From contig RSEE01000008.1 of NCBI GenBank assembly GCA_003971905.1, positions 310,001 to 374,000 on the forward strand: a stretch of DNA of 64,000 bases. The letters run 5' to 3'. Source of the stretch: Moniliella sp. 'wahieum' (lineage: Eukaryota). Below the pieces are notes generated by a model that had not been told where the DNA came from, made no database searches, and saw only the letters and a list, made by a program, of their open reading frames with translations. Position numbers and translations under genes: made by a program. The stretch's first letter is position 1, and every line of letters begins with the position of its first letter. This document shows, piece after piece, positions 12,969 through 25,876 of the stretch.

Positions 12969-13908
12969 TCACGATACAGGAAGAGAATCGGATGGCTGTA
13001 CATTTTTGCTCATAATAACATAGTCGCAATCGGGATCCTCAAGAGGCGTCAGGTTGTCCACCTCAAAACTGCAGAAAGAAATCAGCAAGCGAGTCGAGAG
13101 GTATAGATGAGGAAACTCACCCGGAACGTTGGTACAGTCGTTTGGCTCCATCGTTGAACTGGAAACAGGTAAGACGCACCTGCTCCATCCCCACTTGTTC
13201 TGTCAACCGGGTCAGACGCCCAAGCATCCACGATCCGATCCCCTTCCCTCGGAAAGATGATCTGACTTGCACCTCGTACAAGTATGCGCAGCTGGCCTCT
13301 GAAAATCGTCTCTTTTTGCGTTCCTCGGGTCCATAAGGATCTGTGTCAAATTGGAACATGATGTACCCGGCAATTTGTTTCTTGGAGCTCTTGTCCGAAT
13401 GAGACATAACCCGGGCCCGCTTGCCGGTAACCCAGTCCAATGTGGGAGGGAACAGGGAGGCGCGTTTGCGTTTAGGATTGGGTTGGGCCTGAGTGTCTTT
13501 ATTGGCGTCAGATTGAGAAGTAGCACAAACGATACACGCGTGCTCGGCATTCTCTTGGCACTCATCACCTTGGTGTTTGTTCGCCGGCTCGCTTGGGCCG
13601 TCGTACAAGATGAGGAACCGAGATTTGGCCATGCGCATTTCTCCTCGTTTGATACGCGGACTCCAGCCCTGGGATGAAGCGTCGTACAGGGGCTTCATAT
13701 TGGCCTCCAGAAGTGAGAAAAGGTCGCGTTCCTGCTCCCGGGTCAAGTCGGAAGACGCGACGAGCTCAAGCTGGTAAGCGTGGCCTTGGATCGTGGCCTG
13801 GGTGGGTGATGCCGGGGACACATCCTGCTGTAAATGGGACACAAGCTCAGCACACGAGAGACGGACTGCATTCTCTGCCGCCTGGTGGGGTGTTGGGCTG
13901 GCTGGCAT
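12969..13908 (-). CDS. NAT4: N-alpha-acetyltransferase 40 (NatD, GNAT family)
   Basis: LLEANMKPLY..SSQGW, YLYEVQV...RGKGIG, LTCFQFNDGA..LY. Intron 13069..13120, then FEVD..P......DYVIMSK. Confidence 0.8.
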
Positions 13909-14185
13909 GGACGCGTAGGCAGCCGCCAAAGGTGGTGGTTGGGGCTGCCCGCGGTGGCACTGGACTGGTGCTCCGACGGCCAGGAATCCATCGCGGCCTG
14001 CGTCCCTTTCAACTTTCAACTTTCAATCTGGCACAGGTGCGTGAGCTAATACGCCGTGTGCGATGGGTCATCCCCCCATAGTCCATCGATTATGTGAGGC
14101 CAACCAGCAATCCCAAGTCAGGCTGACGGATGCCGCTGATAGATAACCTGCGACCACGCCTCCTCGACATCCACGCCGCTGGGCC

Positions 14186-16088
14186 ATGTCCATCCTCGGG
14201 CTTCCCGACGAGGTGCTCCTGCACATTGTCCAGTCCGTCGCGCACGCACACCATGTGTCTCGTGTGGCCCAAACCTGTCGGCGGCTACGGGCGATCGCTA
14301 CGACGGATGCCGTGTGGCGGCCCTTGGTCCACCGCCGCTTTGGCCGATCCTTCCTGGCCTCTGCGTCGCGCCGTCGGCGCGTCGCTGCGCCTCTGCCTCT
14401 CCCGCCCGCATCCACACGGCGCGGGTGGAAACAAATCTACTCGGCACTGCTTGCGTGGCGGCGTGGGGTGTACCGCGTGATTCGGCTGACCCCACCCGCG
14501 CCTCTCCTTGCGCTTCCTCTCGCCCCGCCCTCTCCTCCGGGCAGAGCCAGGCTCCCATTGTACGGGCAGCGGGACGAGTGCTCTGCCTGGTTTCACCGGG
14601 CGGCGCCAGCATTTGTATCCACGTCCTCGGCCCTGGATCTTTGGCTGATCACGACACCCTCCGACTAGCCAAGCCGGATGCCCAGCTCATCACTCCAGAC
14701 GGGTGGGGACCGGTAGTTCAACTGGCACTCGATGGCCCCGGCGACGCGGCATCCCTCATCCACTTGGCCGCTGTATATGCATCGGGGGCGATCTGTGTCC
14801 ACCGGCTGCAACTACGTGCCAAACGAGATGGATCTGCAGGTTGGGTCAAGACGTGCACTGTGGCCCAAACTCCACCCTGTGCTGCTCTCTCACCGCGGCG
14901 GAACCAGCAGGAGCGAGGTATGGGATGGGTATGGTGACAAAGTGTGCACTTTGTGGTCCTTTGCTGGCGCTGTTATCTAGTTCGGGTCGATTGACTATCC
15001 TGTGTATCGAGGGCGCCGGGCATCTCGAACCTGTCCTCCGATTCTCCGGACCGCGGAGTCAAGGGCGCGGGGCAGTGGAACTGGCATTATCAGCGCTCCC
15101 ACCCGCGCAAAATGGGCTGTCCCTACCTCTTCAACGAGCTTCTTCGCCGCTATTTTCACCAACCCGTCCCCGGTCGAACAACTTTGTTTGCACCTTGGCC
15201 TATACGGCCTCCTTGGCCACCCGAACGCTCGTGGGAACGCAACAACTCGTATTTTCCCTCCCTCCCTCGGAAGGAGGTTTGGCGAAAATACACTCGAATC
15301 GACATACGACCTCCATGCTCTTTTCACCTGCGCTTTCCCCTCAAGAGCCGCCGGCACGGGACTTGTGGGCAAGAAGAATGGCGGGAGATATAAGTCCACC
15401 CTGTCCCGTCCCTCGTTCTGTGTCTCCTTCTCTCCAAGGCAACCCAAGCCCAGTTTTCTCTTGGGCATCTGGCTTGCCCGAGGAAGGACGCTTCGTTTCC
15501 CGTCCAAGCGGGCCAGAGGCATGTTCCCCCTCCCCCTCTGCATCACCTTCTCCTCCCTCGCCCCCCATGTGTACCGATGCGCGTGAGCCACCACCTACAC
15601 CACCAGGAGAGCGTGTAGCAGAAGAAAGCTTGCTCGCATTAGCACCGCCCTACCTCTTCCTTGCATCGGGGCATGGCGTGGAACTGTTCTACCTTGATTC
15701 TGCTCTTTCATCTGATCAAGCAGGTTCTTCCTTTTCTCTGCGCCGTTTATGGTCCGCCCCCACCGCGCACAGTGCCAACGTACTTTCTGTCTCGCTTTCT
15801 CCTAATTTGCACCGCGGCATCAGCGCCGCTGCCGATGGCAAGGTTCACGTGTGGCCACTTGCTCGGGTTCCCGACGTGGCCAGCGCCGAGACTGAACTAA
15901 GGCGGGACCACCTGCTTCCTGACGCGGTCCAAAGCCTGGCTTCTCTGTCGGTTCTAACGACAGCCAACGCTTGGGGAACTGGACCGGCCCGAGTGCAGAT
16001 TTTGGACTGGCGGTTTGACTGCTTGGTGGCCAACGTGATGCGGCAAGGGGAAGAGCAGACGCAACTTTGGCGCTTGGGTGTGGATTGA
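14186..16088 (+). CDS. F-box protein with degenerate WD40-like C-terminus (frameshifted)
   Basis: ILGLPDEVLLHIV...VAQTCRRLRAIATTDAVW F-box. AHSANVLSVSLSP..ISAAADGKVHVW WD-like repeat in ORF 14703..16088. Confidence 0.7.
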
Positions 16089-16883
16089 GTTGGTGTTGCC
16101 CCTGCAGGCGGACAAAGTACCTTTGACGTACCGTCCTTTCCATCTGCATTGCATGGTAGGAGACAGGGAAGCAACCCAAGGGCGGAGGGTCCAGGCTGCA
16201 TAATGGAGCTGGCCAACCAGATGAATCTGGCCGGATGAGAGGAAAAACAGATGGAAGAACTTCGTGGAAGCGTGAGGCCGGCTATCAACAAGCTCCACTG
16301 CAGTTTTGGGGATGGGGAGGGCACCGAGTTGATGGATTCAGACCCTTCTCTCTACAGGACTCGATGTTCAAAGAGGTGAGCCCGGACCCTTTCACCTGAT
16401 CAGAATCAGTCTGCCATTACATATTGCCTGATGGTCCACCACACAGGCCCGTGTAGGTCCTAGTGTACTAGTAATCCAGCCAATCTGGTTCGTCTTGGGT
16501 ATATATGGACACAGATGAGCAAAATATACACACCGACAAAACAGCTCCCCTTCTTCGACCAACGTCCCGACGCAGGACAAAAACTTTTTCACAAGGGCTG
16601 AAACGCAAAAAAGGGGAATCGATTTGGGGGACAGATGGGAAGGGAGGAAAAGGAAACGAGTGTGGGAAAGACAGGCGTGTCGTTACGGGTGGTAAGGGAA
16701 CACGGGCGGGGTAGTCAAATGGATAAGCAAACAAACGATCGAGAGGGGTGCTAGACTCCCCGAGGCCAGACCTGATATCGCGTTGAGATGGGTCGGCCAA
16801 GTAAAACAAGAAGAAGAAAATAGCGAACGAGTGGGCTCTTTCAAACATCATCCACATCAACACCATCCCCGCCATCACCAGAC

Positions 16884-19105
16884 CTACAGCGCGGCCACCC
16901 GGTGAGAGCTGGTGCGGGTCAACCGTCTCAGGAGACTCGTCTTGGGTGCCGGCTCGATGGGCATCATCTCTTGGCGCGGGTCGGCGAGGAAAGTGGAAGG
17001 CGCCGGTCGGTACCCGTTGCCATAGGGCGCCGGCGCCGGGGGCTCGTATTCCCACACGGGTATCGTGGGCATAATCCGACACAGCCCCGCCAGAGCGCTG
17101 GGAACGGACACTGCGCCCGCCCGCTGACCGGCCACCCGACGACAACCGGCGTCCCTGGTCGGACCGTTCCGAGCGCACCGAGCGGGCCGACCGGCCCGAG
17201 ATGGACCGCGCAGCCGACATGTACTCTGGATTGGTCTCCAGGACCTGTGCACCGTCGGCGCCCGTCGCTGCGGTGCTCACCCGGCGCAAACTCGCTTTGG
17301 TCGGCTTGAGTTCCGAGCGCTTGGACCGCTGCGAGCGGCGGGACGAAGCAACGTCGTCCGCCGACTCAAACGCAGGATCGTAAGTGCGCGCAGAGTGGAT
17401 ACGCACGGTGGAACGGTCCACCGGACGCGCACGCACTTCACGTGAAAATAGCTCCGATTGCGGGCGCGGGCGCCCTGCGCCTGAGGCCCCAGCCGAAGCC
17501 GCGGTCGTCCCGGGGAGCGGTCTACGACCAAGGGAGCGGGACCGCGGGGCAGACAAAGCAGGATTCTGGGGCGGCGGCACGGGCCCGCGCGCAGACCGCA
17601 TTGGCCCCCCCCTTGAATACGGGGCATTTTTCAGGCCATCGTCCGAATCCGATTCATACTCCCCCGAATGGGCATATGCCTCCACAAACTCCTCTTCCTC
17701 TGAATCGGGATTGGCTCTGAGCGACATGCGACGGGCCATGGTGGTGATCGAATGCCGCAGGGGAGACCTGTGCCCCTCTTGCCCCAGCTCGCTCTCGTCT
17801 CCGCTCGCCTCGTTATAACTCATGCCACGGCTTGGCTTACGGCGCCGCTCTGAGTCGGCACCGTCGCGGGGCAAAGCACGAGCGGGGCCCGGGGCACCAG
17901 TCGCATCTTCCATTCCATAGCCATCCATCTGGTCCAAGGGAGCGTGCAGGTCATTCGGTTCCGATTCTGAACGAGTCAGTAGAGAGTACCAAAGCTTGGA
18001 CAGAAAGCAACGACTTACTATTCAGCCCAACCAGCTTGAGGAAACTTTTGGAGCGCTTGACATGCGGACGCGGGGGTTCCGGCTCCTGAACAACAAGCGG
18101 CACATCTTGGAGGTCAGACAGATAGGCTTGGACTACACCCGAACGTTGCCGCGATTGGGGCTTGCGGGCACCGGCACGGAAAGCCGCCTCCATGCTCACC
18201 GAGCTCGAGGTGGCCGTCTGACTGTCCTTGTCACTGTGATCGGGGTGACGGGTCGCCCGGGCTGGCTTAGCAAACTCAGTCCAGGGCTCCTCCGCATGAC
18301 CCCACATATCCGCCATGAGGTTTGTTGAAGGCGTGTACTCGTCGTCTCCGACAGAACGCGGGCCACGGCGAGATGGTTGGGGCGCCATGCGAGGCCCTTG
18401 CATGTCAGCTGGGTAAGAGGCTTGGCCTGGGGCCATGTCAGCAAAAAGACCACGAGACCCAATCTGGGCATTGTGACTGTGGTACACGCCGCGTTCCTCT
18501 GCGGGCTCCATCAAGCCGCGAGCATTGCGGGCGCGGCCTGACTGACCAGGGCGCGAAGCAACATCGTAGGCCGAACTGTGGTGAAACGTGCTCTGACCGC
18601 GAATGCCCGTGTTGTCCAGAGTATCAATCACGTCCATACGGGAAGGGCGACGACCTTGCGAACGTGGCCCGTCTCGAGAAAGCGGGGCGGGGAATGGCTC
18701 ATCGTTCGCATTTGCTGGATCTTCGAGGCCAGCGCCATTTCCCACGCGGGACAACCGGCGGCGAAAGGCACTGGCAAAGCGTCCCGCCACACCTGTATTC
18801 GGGGACAGCGCACCATCCATGTGATTATCGAGCGGGCTGCTAGGCTCGGGGCGCGAGTAGGGACTGATGTCGTCGGGAGGGCAGGGATCGGCAAACGAAG
18901 AAGAGGGCAGGGGGGGTGCGCCATTGCGACCGGAGCGCGTACCCGGCGGAGGGCCACCGTAGGCATCGAAGCCATTCTGGTCGGGAGGAGGGTAGCGGGG
19001 CTGGCGGCGCGGGCCACGAGCAGGCCGGTCAAAGCTGGGTTCGTCGTCGAACACGGGCTGGGGACGGGAGCCGCGAGCACGCGCACGGGAGATATGGGCG
19101 GACAT
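16884..19105 (-). CDS. Pal1 cell-morphology family protein (frameshifted, 3' end approximate)
   Basis: MDVIDTLDNTGIRGQSTFHHSSAYDVAS resembles the Pal1 core D.ID.LD.tg....FHH.gpfDa. Continues through ORFs 16468..17937 and 16884..17252. Confidence 0.65.
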
Positions 19106-20226
19106 GGCACCGGTGGGGAGGGGGGAGGGGGGAGGGGTGGCGGCGGGAGGACAAGAAAAGATGCGAGGGCTCGGGCATGTAATGTGCAAAGCGGGGCAGG
19201 CGGCGGGGACGGGTGGATGCGCACTGGCGTCGGTTGGGCACACTGGTGGGGTGCGGGAGGGGCCGTGAAACCTGAGGCGCTGGTTGGGGTGTGTGACTTG
19301 CCCTGGCCCACCCCGCCCGGCTGCGAAGCAACCCCGCACCCAGCAGAGCCGGCAGGAGGGCAGTCAGCGCGCGCTTTGGCTGTCGGCAGGCGCAAGGGCA
19401 CACGCGCAGTGTCGTGCGCCCGGCGCCCCGCGAGTGTGTGTCCAAACCACCCCGCAAGGCCATCTGACCCGCAGAGGCAGCATCGACCGCGCGGGCCAAA
19501 GGCGGGCTGGGTAGGGTTAGCGGGAGCCGGTGGCCGGTGAGCGCGGCGCCACCGCTGAGCGCCAGAGTGTTGCTCAGCCTCAGCACTGATGCATGATGCA
19601 TGATGCAGATGCAATCCATGATCCACTGCGGCCGCATCGCTGATACATGGCAGTGCTGATCATCGGGCCAGCCTCCATCCCGCCGACACATTCAGCTTTG
19701 TAACATGTAACCCGGCAGCCACCAGCGCTCTTACTCAGCCCCCGCCGCTTGGGCCACCACAAAGCATACGCAGCACACGCTACCACCCCACCCCAACACC
19801 ACAATTGCATATGGCCTCCTCCGCATCGACAACGCCGTCCACACGGCCACTCTTGGCCTATCTGGCCACAGGTCCTTGCCCCATCGGAGCACCATCTGGC
19901 CATCCCACCGCCACCGTCGTTTGCTTTCTCGTTCGTTGGGAGCGCGTCCCCAGGATCCCCGGGGGACCCTGCCTTCGCGGGCGAGTTGTGGCTGGCAACC
20001 CGCACCCATTAAGGATGGTCGATGGCGCCTAGGCAAAAACACAGCCGCTCTGAGACACTCATTTGCACCGAACGCTGGTGGGGGCCACCAAGGGCGGAAT
20101 GTGTCTCTCGTTCCGCGCGTCCTTCGAACTGGCTACGCCTGGCGCGTGGGTGTGGTGGCCGCTGGGCGTCGCACAGACGCTGGCCAGCGTGGTCGGTGCG
20201 TGCCCAGCCCACCATCCTCACCTGCA

Positions 20227-20935
20227 ATGTCCTTGGCCCTGCACACTGTTGGCGCCACAACAGGCTTCCTGGGTGCCGTCGGTGCCTACCTGCTCTTCAC
20301 TGGCAATGGTGAGGCGTTCAACCCAGGCCAGTTCCTCGAGGACACCTCCCCTTACGCTTGGGCCATGCTCGGCATTGGCATGTGCATTGGTCTCTCGGTC
20401 GTCGGGGCCGGCTGGGGCATCTACGTCACAGGTGCCTCCATTCTTGGTGCCGGTGTCCGTACCCCGAGGATTACGACCAAGAATCTCATCTCGATCATCT
20501 TTTGTGAAGTGGTCGCCATCTATGGTGTGATCATGACCATCGTCTTTAGCGCCAAGATCAACGGTAACCTCCAGGCCGGACTCGACACATTGTTCACCAA
20601 GGAAAACTACTTTACCGGTAGGTACCTGACGCCTTCTCTCGCCTTTTTTTCTTCCTTCTTTCCTAGTCTTCCTGTTTGGCTATTGACACTCTCATTCCCC
20701 TTCAGGCCACCTGCTCTTCTGGGGCGGTTTGACGGTGGGCGCGTGCAACTTGATTTGCGGTGCGGCAGTAGGCGTGACAGGTGCCAACGCGGCCGTGGCG
20801 GATGCGGCGGATCCGCAGCTGTTTGTCAAGATTCTGATTGTCGAGGTGTTTAGTTCCATTCTCGGCCTGTTTGGCTTGATCATCGGTCTCATCCTCACCT
20901 CGCGCGCCAAGGATTTTGGCACCGAGCCGTTCTAA
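20227..20935 (+). CDS. VMA16: V-ATPase V0 proteolipid subunit c''
   Basis: [32 protein letters not shown]. Intron 20618..20705, then [40 protein letters not shown]. Confidence 0.95.
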
Positions 20936-21123
20936 CTGCCCCTGCCCCCGGCCATCCCCTTTGGGCAAAACACACACGGGAGCGCATGTGTGTGGGGCTC
21001 GTTGGCTTCGATGCGCTTCCGCTCCATCTTTTCTTCTCTCTCTCCTTCCCCCCCGCTCTCCCTCGTCTACTGCATGCGATCCAATCCCAGGAGCATTATA
21101 GATTCGAGATGGGGACTGGTATC

Positions 21124-22421
21124 TTACTCATGCGCCGAATGGGTCACCCCGGCAACAGGGGGTACCCCCAGCTCAGCCAACATGGTGGGAACGCTAATCG
21201 GGTCCTTGGCTAGCGCCTCGGCCTCTTTCGGACTGCGCACGAGGATCATGCCGGCATAGCCTTTTTCAGGGGATTAGCGGGAGCGATAGCACAGCAGAAG
21301 GAACGTACCCATTGCGTTCACACTGAGCCGGCCCAGTTTTTTCTCATTGACCTCGCCCCATTCACCAGGAAGCGCGTATACCTCGCGAGAGCGAGGGATG
21401 AGGTGCATAGCGCGTCGGAGAGAGAAGCATATTGAAAGAACCAAACTTGCTCTGGGGTGCCGTTGGGCTGACATCTTGGGTAGCAGCCTTGTGGTGGTCC
21501 GCTTGGTTCTTGGTGTCGAGCAAGTCGACCAAACGCTGCATCAGGTACATTTCCGCCCCTTTCTCTTCAGCTCAACTGGGTCGATCAGAGCCACATAGTG
21601 CTGCCACGGAACAGGCAGGGCATGTACATGTCCTACTCGCAGGTCCAGGATCAGCGTCAGCGCGTCCGCCCTCAACTTCGGCAATCATTAATCAACAGGC
21701 GGCGGCACCGGTGGATGTGAACATACGAAATTCGGACCCGTCCCGCTCGATCGAGGTGAGGAGACGTTCGATGGGGATCGTACCCTCGGCATCATCGGCC
21801 GGGGGATGCTCGTCCGGGTCCACCCCGTCTGGCAACATCTCTCGCCGCACCTCAATCAGCTGAAGGTGACAGTGTTTTTGCGATGCGCCTGACTCCCAAC
21901 CACAGTTGAAGAAGGCCATCATCTCCTCCTCAGCCGGGTCGCCATGGAAACCAGCAACGAAGCGATACGCTTCGGTCAACAGTGCGGGAGGAGGCGGCAG
22001 GTTCTGGGGCACAAACTCCTTGGTGACCAGCAAGGCGTGCCGAGGCACAACACAGTACTTGTTGAGGAGCACAATACCTCCCTCGGGTTCCGTCTCACTG
22101 ACGAGCAAGTTGGGCACATAGGGCGGCGCAAACGGATCCGCTTTGTTCTGCTCCCCACTGGCCGGCTTGACTGCATTGGGCGTGGGCTTTTGCAACAGCG
22201 CAGGTACCTCTCGTACAATAAAATCAATGTCGAGCGTCTTGATCTCGCGGTCTTCGGGTTTGGCATCGGGGGGGCGAGGGGGGGGTAGCGGCAGCCTCCT
22301 GTGGGTTGGCAGGCTGAGTCAGGACGCGCACGGTGGAGGGGAAGTAGAAGGCGTCGCCGGCAGCGAGGGCGAGGTCGTACTGCTTGGCGACCTTTTTGCG
22401 AAGCTGGGCAGCGGTGGACAT
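21124..22421 (-). CDS. Ap4A phosphorylase / ATP adenylyltransferase (APA1/APA2 family); introns and frameshifts
   Basis: DPFAPPYVPNL, LLNKYCVVPRHALLVT..F.PQ, FFNCGWESGASQKHCHLQ (HXHXQ), HLIPRS, LSVNAMG|YAGMILV. Confidence 0.88.
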
Positions 22422-22826
22422 GGTGCGGGCCGCTGAAGGCGAACGGGGTGGAGAAGGAGGAGGACGGGGCGCGGCAGGCGCGAAGGCGCAGCGGTGGGGG
22501 GGTGGGGCCAGGCGACGAGGGCGGAGCTGGCGCAGACAGCCAATCATAAACAACAGGAGTAGGCCGCAGGCGTTGGGCGCGAGAGACGCCGCTCGGGGGG
22601 CTCGGAGCGGAGCAGGAGGGTCAAGACGGGCGTGAACATTTCAGGCGGCGCGGCGCCGAGGGGCTGAGGATGCCCGAATGGCGAAGCTTGAAGCTTGAGG
22701 GAGGCAGCAGGCGGCGGAGCTTCCCGCGGATCGAAGGAGGCTTTGATCATTGATCCTTGCACCCCTCGGCCTCGCCCGCCCGGACGGTCTTCGAGCGGAG
22801 CGCCCCTCCTGCGCCCCCGACCACCC

Positions 22827-24159
22827 ATGGATGCTGGAGGACTGTCGAGACGACGCGCTCATGGCCGCCGCTCCGTCCCCGCCGGCCCAGATGGCGATGG
22901 GCCCCAGGACGATGCCTCGCCCGCATCTGCACATGCTCTCCCCCACCTCTCGTCCCCGCCATCCACCCGCCGGGCAGCCACCGCCCCCCACACCTACCGC
23001 CTCCCGGACTCGGACCACCCCATTGCGTTTGACCCACGCGACCTCGCCGATGGCGGTGTCCCAGCGGGCCAGCCCCGGCCACCCCGGCTGACCATCATGG
23101 AGGAAGTGCTGCTGCTGGGCATGAAGGACCATGCGGGCTACCTCTCCTTTTGGAACGACAGCATCTCCTACTCGCTCCGCGGTGCTGTCCTGCTCGAGCT
23201 GGCCCTGCGTGGACGCATTAGGATCGCACAAGATCCGCAGCGCTATGACTGGGCTGTGCAGGAGCGAGGGCTCGAAGTTGCGTCGCGGCAGCCAACGGGC
23301 GATGTGCTGCTGGACGAGACGTTGCGCCACATGGCGCTGTACGAGGCCAAACAGACAGCCCTCGGCATCTACAAGCGCAAGTCCTGTGTTCAGTGGACCG
23401 ATGTGCTTGCTGGAGAGACATGGGACCCAAAGCAGATCACGTACCAGCTCCGGGCCGTTCGAGAGCGCCTGGCCAAGGGCTTGGTCGACAAGGGCGTCCT
23501 CCGCACCGAAAAGTCCAGCATCCTCTTCTTTGACGTGACCACCCACCCCCTGGAAGATGTGGCGGCGAAGCAAGCCGTAGTGCGCAGGGTGCATTCCATA
23601 CGTGTCCCCCAAAGCCAAGACAGGGAGAGATGTGTCTCCCATGGGAGTTAGTCCCGACTCGCTCTACGCCGAGGAACGAGACCCTGTACCTTTCCCGGTC
23701 ATACGAGCCCTTTGTACCGTCTGCGCAGCGTTGGCGGCCAATGTGTTGGAAAATGCGTTGGTAAACCTCAGCTTTACCCGGCGAGAGGCGGCGTTTGAGC
23801 GGGCGGACGCGTTGATTGCCGAACTGGGGCAGTGGCCGATGGCTCCCACCTTGCCAATGGGCAACATTGGCAATCCCTCCCGTCCAAAAGAGCTACCGGC
23901 CACCACGGATGCGGCCAGGAGAAGCAAGCGTGTCATGCCTAGCAGTCTTGCCGCCGGCAGCGTAGCCCAGTTAGAACCCGATGAAGGGACTGATGAGGGG
24001 CGATCCACCTTGGCCCTCAATTCTCTGCTGGCCATGGTGCGGGACGAGATGGAAGCAGCGGGAGGAGCGGTAGCCGGGGTCAATTCGAAGCGATCGCAGG
24101 CATCTTGGGTGCTTTGGCCCGAATGGATTGCCTTGTACGTGTCACATGTAACCATGTAA
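22827..24159 (+). CDS. VPS74: Golgi phosphoprotein 3 / Vps74 (frameshift near 23630; 3' end approximate)
   Basis: RLTIMEEVLLLGMKD..GYLSFWNDSISYSLRG, TGDVLLDETL, GETW, VRERLAKGLVDKGVLRTEK..FDVTTHP, AANVLENAL. Confidence 0.92.
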
Positions 24160-25876
24160 CCCCTCTTGATGGATCCCATGTGTACCCCAGTACTAACCTA
24201 TCACACGTTCAGATTTGACCCTATCATGCCAATACCCAGCCCCCTCTCCTTACGCCGCGTTGCATTGTGCTTCCAACGTTTTTTGCATCCTTCATTGTTC
24301 GGTCCCGACTGGCCCATCCTCCTTTCGTCTCTCACATGCAACCGATCTAAATGACCTTCCACCCCTTTCGTTCACCCTTGCTTCTTAGCTCCTACCACAT
24401 GCCAAGCGCCATCATCCCCCCGATTTCCCCCGCACGCTCAATGCAATGGGGACATCGTGCAACATATGCCCTCCCATTTGGCGTGGCCTTGCTACCTACC
24501 CCTAGGCGCGAAGAGGCCTCCGACGCACAAACTCTCAGCAACAACAGCATCGTATGGTGCGCCCAACCCACACGCCTGCGCCCACCTGGTTCTATCAACT
24601 CTCCGTGTCGCGCAACACCCACTGTCCCTTGCTTCGTCGGTCGGCAAGGGTATCTGTGCAGTGTAGCACTCTGGTGGTGGAAGTCGCAGTGTGGAAAGGA
24701 ACATACCCCGGCGACCCGGCCAAGGTGAGCAAGGAAGCAATTTTGAAAATGGGAATGGGAAAAGAGCATCGGCACTAACCACTGCGCCATTGTTGTTGCC
24801 CCTCGAAAAGAGCTGGGACGCGGTACATAGTCGTTCAGCCCGCTGTGGGACTCGACGCGATCCAAGGATGGACCAGTTGGGAGCTACCTCGTGTCGCATT
24901 GGTTGGTCGCCCGGGTCTGCCGAAGGAAGTCCAACGTTATATGCGGAGCAATTCTCCTGCCTCGCTCCCCGCCAAAGATAAGGTGCATCTGCGGAACAAG
25001 GCTGTGGCACACAGTTCAGGTGAAGGGAATTTCGACCCTCCGAGGCGGGGGGTATATGCGCAGAACAGGGACTAGTGAAGGTACAGAACAAGTCTGTGCC
25101 GCAGGAGTCGGAAATGGTATATCCCGGTTGACAAAAGAGTGAGGTATATAGTTCGCCTTTGGGAAAGAGGGAAAGAGGGAAAGAGGGATGGCCCATTTAA
25201 GGAACCGCACGGCAGCTACGTTTCCACTAGACATGCCTGTTACCTTTCCCCCTGAGTTGACACACGGGGGGGGGGAGGACGGATTGTGATGGATCCATTA
25301 GTTAAGAAGGACCGGGACATATAGTCTCCCAGGGTAGGAAGAACAATCGTTTTGACAAGAATGATTCGATAGTAGCAATGACGGGAAGAAGCGCAAATAT
25401 CATTCAGATATACTGAAGGTGGCTTCCACCTTGGGGCCAAACCATGTCTTCCATGTATGTGGCACACTTAGAATGGTCCAGTGTCCTCAGTCGATATATG
25501 TGGATGAGGCCCGATCCACTTTCGTTCTTCTCTGTCAACAATCGTCATCAGGTAGCATCGATAACACCCCTACGGAACCTAACGTCCCTCTTGGCAAGGT
25601 GCAACAACACTTAAACCTCTCTAACGAAGAGGGTGTAGCCAAGAGAGGAATCGCTACAAATCTCATCCCTACATCTATACTCGGCAGAAAGCCTGCTGTT
25701 GTTGGCAACGCGAGTAAGTGGATTTTGCAAGAACTGGCTCTCGGGTTCCAAAACGTTGAATCGAACGAGCTTCCCAAACGAGGGAGGTGTGCAGAATGAT
25801 GTGGAAAGAACAAATACTGAAAGGTGCAGAAGATTGAGGGGATGCCGTTGAGGGTGTGTGGGGGATGGGGTTGGAA

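Noticed and set aside
16375..16420. TPP-riboswitch-like string TGAG...CCCTTTCACCTGATCAG
   Set aside because: Lacks the TAAT loop and the GCGnAGG closing strand; no thiamine gene nearby.
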